Assembly (NCBI RefSeq): GCF_000284455.1
Contig: NC_017039.1
Span: forward strand, 390,001-422,000
Length of the DNA stretch: 32,000 nucleotides
Reading direction: 5' to 3'
DNA from: Synechocystis sp. PCC 6803 substr. PCC-P
Lineage (GTDB): Bacteria > Cyanobacteriota > Cyanobacteriia > Cyanobacteriales > Microcystaceae
Shown: one piece after another, positions 9,377 to 17,600 of the stretch
Numbering within the stretch: position 1 is the first letter of the stretch
Layout: every line of letters begins with the position of its first letter
Position numbers and translations under genes: made by a program
Notes under the pieces: model-generated
The model's input: the letters and a program-made list of their open reading frames with translations, nothing else
What the model was told of the DNA's origin: nothing
The model's database searches: none

Positions 9377-10702
9377 TTAACTTTCCCACGCCACCACTCG
9401 ACCTTTTAAGCTGTGATTCCACCAAGGACTGTTGTAGGCGGAAGTTTGCAAAGTGCCCCTTTTTAGGGTCCAAGCCTGATCGGGATCAAACAAAATACGG
9501 GAATTACTAACTTCTGGTAAACCTAAGCATCGCCGGGGATTGGTGCTCAAAGCTCGCCACAATGCCATTGGAGTTATCAGATTTTTTTCCACTAACCCTT
9601 GCCATAAACAGGGCAAAACCAATTCATAACCGATCGCCCCGGGGGGAGTTTCCGCAAAGGTTTGGGTCTTTTCTTCGTAAGTGAAGGCTTGGTGGTCCAC
9701 CGCAATGGCATCAATGACGCCGGATTTAACCCCTTCGATTAGCGCTAGCCGATCGCCTTCGTTACCCAGGGGAGGGTCAAAACGCAAATTGGGATCGTAG
9801 TGGGGAGTGTGGGGCGGTAAACCATGGGCGATCGCCTCATTACTGAGCAGGAGATGGTGCCAATTGACGCTGGCGGTGCAATTTAAACCCTGACTTTTAG
9901 CTTGGACAATTAATTCTACGCCCCGGGCGGTGGAAATTCGCATGAAATGCACGGGAGTCCCATAATGGGGCAACAATTCCAGCAAACTGGCGATCACCGC
10001 CGCTTCGGACATCACCGGATCCGGTGGCAGGCCCAACTGAATCGCCAAGGGCCCTTCCCGCATTACCCCATTTCCCCGCAGGGAAAGATTAAGGGGCACC
10101 AAAGCTAAAGGTTTGCCGGCTATGGCTCCATATTCCAAAGCCCGCTGTAGTAACCGCCAATCTTGAATTGCGCCCCCATCGCTGAAGCCAATTACCCCTG
10201 CTTGGTCTAGCTCTCCCCATTCCGTTAACTGCTTGCCCTGGTTCCCTTGGGTGACACTCCCCCACCAATGGCATTGGACTGGGGCCGAATCTGGCCGATT
10301 TTCCGCTTGAGGGTCTCCAGGGGGCTGATGGTGAGCATTGACCCCTTCTATCTGGTTTAACCGTTGCTTTAACCATTGCAAAGTTTGGGGTTGATCCAGG
10401 GGAGGATCGGTGTTGGGTAAAATAGCCACGTCCCCAAACCCACCGGCGATCGCCGTTTTCACCAATTGACTGAGGGTTTCCCTGTCTTCGTACCCAGGCT
10501 CACCACTGTAGCTGTACAGATCTGCCAAGCTAGGGGCCAAAAGCAAATTTTCTCCGGGTATAACCGCCGCATCCGCCGGTATCGGGTAAGAATCATCTTC
10601 AACGGCCACAATGGCCCTACCCCGTACTATTACCGTCACCCGTGTTTCCTTGCCCTGTATGGGATCTAAGCAACGAACCTGGGGTCGACATTGCGTTTCC
10701 AT
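9377..10702 (-). CDS. pyrC: Dihydroorotase-like amidohydrolase (class I DHOase homolog with a degenerate metal site)
   Basis: 441 aa and colinear with class I DHOases (...GEPGYEDRETL...AGGF..V..LPNT.P..D...). The canonical D-x-H-x-H-x-R-E-P-G motif reads DLYSYSGEPG here. Confidence 0.75.
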   Translation of the reverse strand: METQCRPQVRCLDPIQGKETRVTVIVRGRAIVAVEDDSYPIPADAAVIPGENLLLAPSLADLYSYSGEPGYEDRETLSQLVKTAIAGGFGDVAILPNTDPPLDQPQTLQWLKQRLNQIEGVNAHHQPPGDPQAENRPDSAPVQCHWWGSVTQGNQGKQLTEWGELDQAGVIGFSDGGAIQDWRLLQRALEYGAIAGKPLALVPLNLSLRGNGVMREGPLAIQLGLPPDPVMSEAAVIASLLELLPHYGTPVHFMRISTARGVELIVQAKSQGLNCTASVNWHHLLLSNEAIAHGLPPHTPHYDPNLRFDPPLGNEGDRLALIEGVKSGVIDAIAVDHQAFTYEEKTQTFAETPPGAIGYELVLPCLWQGLVEKNLITPMALWRALSTNPRRCLGLPEVSNSRILFDPDQAWTLKRGTLQTSAYNSPWWNHSLKGRVVAWES

Positions 10703-10821
10703 TTAACCTTTTAACCTCGGGGGAACGACGGCACAAAAATCCCCCTAAAATCCTAGCAAAGTTGGGCAACCTTTCCGGATTCTGGGGGTTAACTGTACTT
10801 TTGGGTTGAGCCAATCAGCGC

Positions 10822-12150
10822 CTAGTCTTCAAACGCAATCTCCACCCCTTTCTCGGTTTGACCATGTTCAACAATATCGAGCCCCACTTTTTCCTGGGAC
10901 GGTTTTACCCGTAATATGCCCCAAAGATCCATGACGTAGAAGAGGAAAAACATGGTGATGAAGGCCCAAAAGGGAATCACCAAGGAGCCGACGATTTGAG
11001 CGCTAAGTTTATGTTCAACGTTGGTGCTAAAAATACCCACGGCGATACCGCCCCAAATGCCGCATAAACCGTGGACAGGCCAAGCGCCCACCCCATCGTC
11101 AATGCGTAGACGGTCCAACAGCTTAGTGCCCAGCACCGACAAAATGCCTGCCACTACACCAATGGCGATCGCCGACCAATTACTAACGGTGTCACAACCG
11201 GCGGTAATGCCCACCAAGCCGCCCAAAATACCATTCAGGGTTACCAGCAAATTAGGTTTGCGCTTATTCTCAGTAATCCAGTCAAAGGCCAAGGCCGCCA
11301 ATCCCCCCGCTGCTGCGGACAGAGTGGTGTTCACCGCAATTAACATAGTTGTATTGGTATTTAAAGCCCCCACAAAGGCTAATTGACTACCGGGATTAAA
11401 GCCATACCAGCCCACCCAGAGAATAAACACCCCCAGGGAACTGGATGTAATCCCCTGATAACCCAGACTATTAATTTTGTTGCCCTCAAAACGACCAATA
11501 CGAGGTCCCATTACCACCACCGCCGCCAGGGCTGCAAAGCCTCCCACGGAATGCACCAGAAGAGAACCAGCAAAGTCGTGGAAACCCAATTTATCAAGCC
11601 AACCCCCTCCCCACTTCCAATGGCCACTGATGGGATAGACCAACCCGGTAATCACGGCGGAGTAAATTAGATAGGCTTTGAAATACATCCTCCCCATCAC
11701 CGCCCCGGACACAATGGTGGCCGCCGTAGCTGCAAAGGCTGCCTGGAACAACCAATCCACCTGGGGACTAAGCCCTTCGACATTATCCAGATTATTGGTG
11801 ATGCCAAAGCCACCCCAGCCAAAAAAGCCGCCCAACACCGGGTTTTCGCCGTACATGAGGCTGTAGCCAAAAAGGAAATAAAGTAACACTCCCACACAAA
11901 CATCAAAAGTGTTTTTAAACAGCACATTAACTGTGTTTTTGTGGGAAGACAGCCCGGCTTCCAACATGGCAAAGCCAGCCTGCATGAACAGTACTAAAAC
12001 TGCTGCAGCTAGTAAGAATAGATTATTGATTGCATAGGTAACTTCTGCAATGGAAGTGGTTTCCGTTTGGGCTTGGGCCACCCCGACAAATAAAAATGCC
12101 AGCATGGCGCCCAGGACATAACGAGCAAGGGGAAAATTTTTCGGTTTCAT
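10822..12150 (-). CDS. amt2: Ammonium transporter (Amt family) with an N-terminal signal peptide
   Basis: 442 aa with 11-12 TM segments and Amt signatures (AGFAMLEAG, DFAGS.VVH..GG, GVHG.CG.WG). The signal-like N-terminus reads MKPKNFPLARYVLGAMLAFLFVGVAQA. The paralog name is from memory. Confidence 0.9.
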   Translation of the reverse strand: MKPKNFPLARYVLGAMLAFLFVGVAQAQTETTSIAEVTYAINNLFLLAAAVLVLFMQAGFAMLEAGLSSHKNTVNVLFKNTFDVCVGVLLYFLFGYSLMYGENPVLGGFFGWGGFGITNNLDNVEGLSPQVDWLFQAAFAATAATIVSGAVMGRMYFKAYLIYSAVITGLVYPISGHWKWGGGWLDKLGFHDFAGSLLVHSVGGFAALAAVVVMGPRIGRFEGNKINSLGYQGITSSSLGVFILWVGWYGFNPGSQLAFVGALNTNTTMLIAVNTTLSAAAGGLAALAFDWITENKRKPNLLVTLNGILGGLVGITAGCDTVSNWSAIAIGVVAGILSVLGTKLLDRLRIDDGVGAWPVHGLCGIWGGIAVGIFSTNVEHKLSAQIVGSLVIPFWAFITMFFLFYVMDLWGILRVKPSQEKVGLDIVEHGQTEKGVEIAFED

Positions 12151-12391
12151 CGCCTATACTAAATCAACTCCCTGGAAAAGTGAAATTTTTCTCAAGATGG
12201 CATCTTAGGAGGGAATGAATTGTTCACTGCCAACTTTTGTTACTGTTTGTCCACAATTTGCCGGCCCGGGAAAAGCAGTACTCTGATGATATTTGGGCTC
12301 CAATCTAGTGGAACGAGGAAGTGCACGGTACACTGAAAAAGAGGGGAATGAATCCTCTTCTGCAAAGCATTAGCATCGGCAGTAACGCTCT

Positions 12392-13534
12392 ATGGGAACA
12401 GCTTCCCTTCTGGTGGCAGATGACGATCCCGATAATTTCGACGTTATCGATGCCCTCTTAGCGGACCAGGGTTATGAACTCAACTACGCCGATAGTGGCC
12501 AACGAGCTATTGACAATCTAGATACCTTTCAGCCGGACCTCCTGTTGCTTGATGTCATGATGCCGGGGCTAAGTGGCGTTGAAGTTTGTCGGATGATTCG
12601 TGCTTCGGCTCGGTGGCATGCCCTGCCAATTATTATGGTGACGGCCCTGGATAGTAAACTTAGCTTGGCTAATTGTTTGGCGGCGGGGGCAGATGATTTT
12701 ATCTCCAAGCCCTTGAACGGATTGGAGTTACAGGCCCGTATCCAGGCCATGTTGCGACTGAAGCACCAGTATGATGCTTTGGGCAATTTGCTGCAACAAC
12801 GGGAATCAATGGTGCACATGATTGTCCACGATTTACGCAATCCCCTCACTAATCTGATTTTGGGGATACAGGTTTTGCAGAGGAGTCATTCTGATGCTCC
12901 CTTGCCCCCGGAAAGACTTGATCGCCTGCTCCAGGCCGGGCAACAAATCCAGCATTTAGTGGATGATATGTTGGTGGTGTCTAAACAGGAACATGGCAAG
13001 ATTCGTCTGGACTATCAAGAAGTCGACCTGTTGGCATTAATGGGGACTGTGCTGGATGATTACGAGGCGATCGCCAGCCAAAAACAATTAACCCTGGTAC
13101 GGACATGGGAAAATAAGCCCTTAGTTGCAAAAATAGATCCCCCCATTTTTCAGCGTATTATTAGTAACTTGCTCAGCAATGCGATTAAGTTTTCCCCCAC
13201 GGGCGCAAAGGTGGAGGTGGCGATCATAACGGAAGATAAGGATAAAGTCACCATCTGCTTCATTGACCAAGGGCCAGGTATTAAGGACGAACTTAAGCTC
13301 AAAATTTTTGAGCCCTATGAAGTGGGCACCATCATGCCCAACATTGCCCAAATTGGCTTGGGTCTGGCATTCTGTAAGATGATGAGCGAAGCCCATGGCG
13401 GTGCCATCACAGTCCAAGATAATCAGCCCAGGGGAGCGATGTTTTCCCTGACATTGCCCCAGCATCCTCCGGTGCCATTCGGTTGGATGCCCCATGACCA
13501 ATGGAGAGGAGCAGCGGTGGATATCGGGAAATAA
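12392..13534 (+). CDS. Hybrid response-regulator receiver / histidine kinase (REC-HisKA-HATPase), with no TM or sensor domain
   Basis: The REC domain reads LLVADDDPDNF...DLLLLDVMMPGLSG...K. The H-box is HDLRNPL, the N-box is LLSNAIKFSP, and the G-boxes are DQGPGI and GLGLAFC. Confidence 0.85.
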   Translation: MGTASLLVADDDPDNFDVIDALLADQGYELNYADSGQRAIDNLDTFQPDLLLLDVMMPGLSGVEVCRMIRASARWHALPIIMVTALDSKLSLANCLAAGADDFISKPLNGLELQARIQAMLRLKHQYDALGNLLQQRESMVHMIVHDLRNPLTNLILGIQVLQRSHSDAPLPPERLDRLLQAGQQIQHLVDDMLVVSKQEHGKIRLDYQEVDLLALMGTVLDDYEAIASQKQLTLVRTWENKPLVAKIDPPIFQRIISNLLSNAIKFSPTGAKVEVAIITEDKDKVTICFIDQGPGIKDELKLKIFEPYEVGTIMPNIAQIGLGLAFCKMMSEAHGGAITVQDNQPRGAMFSLTLPQHPPVPFGWMPHDQWRGAAVDIGK

Positions 13535-13653
13535 ATGGGCCACAGGATCACCAAGGTCAATCTTGACCAAGGGCCAATGGGTTTAGATTAGATTGATTCA
13601 CAATTTGACAAAAGTACTAGCAACAACCATGCCAGCGGAGGGCAGATTTTATT

Positions 13654-14529
13654 ATGTTTAAGCATTGCCTCATTTGTACCGACTTTTCTGATGGACTACA
13701 ACGACTAGCGGGCTTTGTAGAAGAACTTTCCCTCTCTGGCATCACTAAACTAATTTTTCTCCACACCGTCTCCGTTTGGGAGGATGAACACATAGCCGAT
13801 GTGGACGAAAGCAAACTGAAGGAAGCCAAAACCTATCTGGAGTCCTTGGTGGGTCAGGTGCCTCCAGGGATAGAGGTCAAAGTAGAAGTATCCTCCGTGC
13901 GGTATGTGGACTTGGTAAACCAGTTGGTGGAGCAGGAAGCCATTGATCTGATTATTAATGGCATGCCGGTGCGGAGTAACTTAGAGTCAAAACTGTTCGG
14001 CAGCCATACCCTTTCCTTGGCGAAATCTACCAAAGTGCCGGTGATGATTTTACGCCCCCAATTGGTCAGCACTTACACCGTTGAAGAAATGGCTTTGCGG
14101 TGCCAACATCTCTGGCGCAATTTACTAGTGCCCTACGATGCTAGTTCTGCGGGTAATTATTTAATAGAAAGATTAAAAAGTGCCTTGGAAAAGGCTCCCC
14201 CCGGTAAGGTTGAGTCCTGTTACTTCCTCTCCATTTTGGAAGATGGTATGCGCCGTCCAGAACTGTTAGAAATCCGCCGTCAGGAGGCGGAAGCCAAGCT
14301 AGCGGAAATCAAACAACAATTTAGCCCCCTGGTGCCGAATATTATTACCGAAGTGCGCCATGGTAGCCCTGTGCAGGAAATTCTCGACACTGCCTTTGTC
14401 AATGACATTACGGCGATCGCCGTGGCCAGCCGCCGAGCTACGCTATTAGATTGGACAGTACCTAGTTTGACGGATAGTATTTTGAACCGCAGTTGGTTTC
14501 CCCTCCTGTTTTTCTCTCCCAAAGGTTAA
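13654..14529 (+). CDS. Tandem universal stress protein (UspA-family) domains
   Basis: Two Usp-like halves are visible: CLICTDFSDG...LIFLHTV...GSHTLSLAKSTKVPVMILR and LLVPYDASSAG...ITAIAVASRR. Confidence 0.7.
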   Translation: MFKHCLICTDFSDGLQRLAGFVEELSLSGITKLIFLHTVSVWEDEHIADVDESKLKEAKTYLESLVGQVPPGIEVKVEVSSVRYVDLVNQLVEQEAIDLIINGMPVRSNLESKLFGSHTLSLAKSTKVPVMILRPQLVSTYTVEEMALRCQHLWRNLLVPYDASSAGNYLIERLKSALEKAPPGKVESCYFLSILEDGMRRPELLEIRRQEAEAKLAEIKQQFSPLVPNIITEVRHGSPVQEILDTAFVNDITAIAVASRRATLLDWTVPSLTDSILNRSWFPLLFFSPKG

Positions 14530-14584
14530 CCACAGTTAGAACGAACAGAGTCTAGCCTGCTGGATTTCCCGACATCACATATAC

Positions 14585-14622
14585 GAAAAAATCCCCACCT
14601 CTGCAAAATTAGGAGTGGGGAT
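14585..14622 (-). terminator. Rho-independent terminator downstream of nucH
   Basis: The minus strand reads ATCCCCAC-(16 nt loop)-GTGGGGAT followed by TTTTTTCG. The stem is 8 bp and GC-rich, followed by a T-run. It lies between the convergent usp and nucH genes. Confidence 0.6.
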
Positions 14623-14646
14623 ATTACTTGTGGGAAAACTAGGAGC

Positions 14647-17600
14647 TTAAATTACAGCATTCAGATCAACACCAAAAATGCCAGCCTGGGCGATCGCCTG
14701 GGGAGAACCAGCTTCAAACACACTGGAGGAAATCCAGTTCCAGTCAGCACTAGAGTTCCAAACACCAATTTGATTAGTGTTGAGGTTTTGCCACAGCACT
14801 TGGTTAACCCCTTGTACAGTTTCCGCCGCTAGGGCTTGCCAGTTACCGAGGTTGTTGTCAAAGGCTTCCCCAAGGTATTTGATTGGTGTGGTTAAATCAT
14901 CCCCAGATTGGACGTAGTAATTACCCAAGATGCCTTCCAGGAGAGTTGTAGAACCTTGGTTTTCCACGGTCGTCAGGCGATCGCCAAGGAGGTCATCGTT
15001 GTTGATGTCAATCTGGAAGGTAACTTCTGCTTCCAGAGTATTGAAGGAATTGGTAGGCCAAGTTTGCGAAGAAATCCAGTTCCAGTTGGAGTCGGCATTC
15101 CAAACACCAATCTGACCAAGGTTGGGATTTTGCCAAAGCACTTGATTGATGCCATTGACCGTTTCTGCTTCCAAAATTTGCCAATTGCCAAAGGTGCCAC
15201 TGGCAAAGGGTTGATTGTTAAATTTAAGCTGTACTTCATCACCCCCAGGAAGTAGGACAAAGAAGAAGCCATTTTCGGCCATTACGCCAATTTCGTTGGC
15301 GATCGGCTCAACGGGGGAAGCAAGGTTAAGGCCGACAATTATGGGGTCATGGTCTGAGGAGCGATAGGGAACCGTACCATCAAAAATATTGACATCCCGC
15401 CCAAAGTCGAGGTTGTAGTCCAGGGCATCTGCTTCATCGGCGTTGATCCCCCATTCTGTTGCGCCAGTTACCTGTGCTGCCAAGCTAGCACTGGCAAAGG
15501 CATAGTCCAGGGTACCGGTTTGACCATCAAAGACATAGGACGTATTGGTCCCGCCACTGAACTGGGCCCCGAGATTGACATAACCAGCGCTTTCCAGAGC
15601 TTTAATGGGATCTTCCTGGGCGTAGGCATTATAGTCACCTAAAAGCAGATAATCCGAATCATTTACCCCGGTGGGATTGGTATTGAGCCATGTCACTAAC
15701 TCCTGGGCAGCTTTGGTGCGGGTATCGTTCCAGAAGCCCTGACCATCATTTTGATCAGAATCGGGATTACCGGCATCGCCAGCAGTTAAACCGGAAGCAC
15801 CTTTGGATTTAAAGTGATTGACCACTGCGGTGAAGGTTTCACCCGTAACTAAATCCCGGAAGGTTTGGGCCACCGTTGGACGGTTGCGGTTTTCGCCAGT
15901 GTTATTGGGGTCAAGGAAAGCCTGGGTATTTAAAATGGCAGCATCCCCGACCAGACTGACCGCACTAACTTTGTAAATCAGACCAACGGCGATCGCATCG
16001 GTGCCAAGAAACTGAGTACCGGGATTGACCCAATTGTAAGTTCCTGCGCCGGCCACCGCATTAAGCTCATTAACCAAGTTTTCAATAGCATTGCCACTGG
16101 AGCCGGGGAGAAAATCATTTTCTAGTTCCGCTAGGCCTAACACATCGGCATCGATCGCCAGTAAGGCGGTAACCAGTTTGTCCGTTTGGCGATCAAATTC
16201 CGCAGTGGTGTCTGCCCCACGGGGATCTTGACCAATGGCCGTGCTTACACCGGACAGGTCGATGGTCTTGAAGTAGTTGAGGACATTGAAGCCCGTTACC
16301 TTCAGGGAACCGCCAACATTTTCTGGTGTGACAGGGCGATCGTTCACCTTAGTAAACTGATTTGTCCCATCTACAGCAGAGCGCACCCGCCAAGTAGCTC
16401 CACTGGAAGCGTTACCTGCCCACTGGTAGCTGAGAACGCCAGTGAGGTTATTGATTGTGTCGCCCATGCGAATATCACTAGCGGTGCTGAAGCTGGAACC
16501 AAAACCATCCAGATTGCTAATTTCTGCGTTCTGCACACTCAGGCCATCATCGTAGGTAATGGTGCGAGCACCGATTTCCTCTCGGTATGCCCCATAGCCT
16601 GCCACATTAGCATCATTAAACTGGGTGAATTGTTGGGGACGACCGCCTTGGCTGAGTTTGATTTCATTAAAGCGATCGAGATTAAACATTTCCGTAATCG
16701 TCAGGGTATCAGTGAATTTCACCAACATCCCTTCAAAAGCTTCCAGATCGGGCTGGGGCGTTCCCCCCTGACTCTCGGTGGTACCGGCAGTGGGCAGGGT
16801 AATATTCGCAGCGGTCGGTAAGGTGTTGCCGGAACTAATTACCGTGATGTTGGTGATCGTATCAATCTGAGTTTCACCAAAGAATTCATCAACGGTTCCT
16901 GTAATTTGAACCTTGTCGCCAACGTTAACATCGGTAATGAAGTTGCCGTTCTCAAAGATGAAAATCCCTTCTGAAGTAGCAACATTCCCATCAACATCTG
17001 CATCTTCTTCCTGAACGTAGAAGCCCCGCAGATTGCGACTGATATCCCCATCTCCGTCTTGGAAGTCTCCCACCACGATCGCCTCAATCGTCACAACATT
17101 GTTGACTAAGGGACTCGCAGTACCAGTGCCTTGAATCTCATGGATTTTAACTATAGTGGGATCGACACCTGTGATGTAGATACTGGGGTTACCGATATCA
17201 CCCCCCGTTGAGGCGTAGGAGTTTTGGGCATCATCTACTGAAGACAGCACCCAATCGGCATCAATTTCCTGATCTGCTAATTGGTCAGCCGATATCCAGC
17301 CACTGGAATTTTGAGTACGGATGGTGCCAGAAAAATCTTGATCTCCGTAGGTGAGACGATCTACTAAGTTACCGGTAGCATCGTACAGGTTAATTTCATC
17401 ACTACGACCTAAATTTTGGCTAAGTCCTCCAATAATTTTAGCTGTTGCCGGCAAGTTCCAAGCTGTTCGGAATGTCTCGGCGTCTGCCTCCGTTAAAATC
17501 ACCGACTCACCCGGTTGCACTACCCCAAAAGCACTCAGGTCAACTGAACCTGCAACTCGCCCACTGTCGGAAAAACTCCAACCTGTCATATCCACAGACG

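Noticed and set aside
12278-12291. An NtcA-like site, GTA-N8-ATA, in the amt / hybrid-kinase divergent region
   Set aside because: It lacks the TAC half-site, and no properly spaced TAN3T -10 box lies on either side. This is not enough to call an NtcA operator.
13263-13576. The 14-mer TTGACCAAGGGCCA repeated exactly 300 bp apart (13263 and 13563)
   Set aside because: Roughly one or two chance 14-mer repeats are expected in 32 kb. There is no extended similarity around them.
14908-15255. Near-identical 115-aa plus-strand ORFs at 14908..15255 and 20699..21046, which might be mistaken for a duplicated small gene
   Set aside because: They are antisense shadows of the shared 645-bp phoA/nucH 3' block. 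Their duplication simply reflects that repeat.
16186-16821. A 211-aa plus-strand ORF, with many similar 60-190-aa ORFs (e.g. 17351..17746, 17948..18286, 21363..21929, 22890..23213), inside the nucH and phoA coding regions
   Set aside because: All lie antisense to, or out of frame with, long domain-rich minus-strand genes. Their translations are low-complexity (S/P/A/T-rich) and lack recognisable motifs. They are shadow ORFs.
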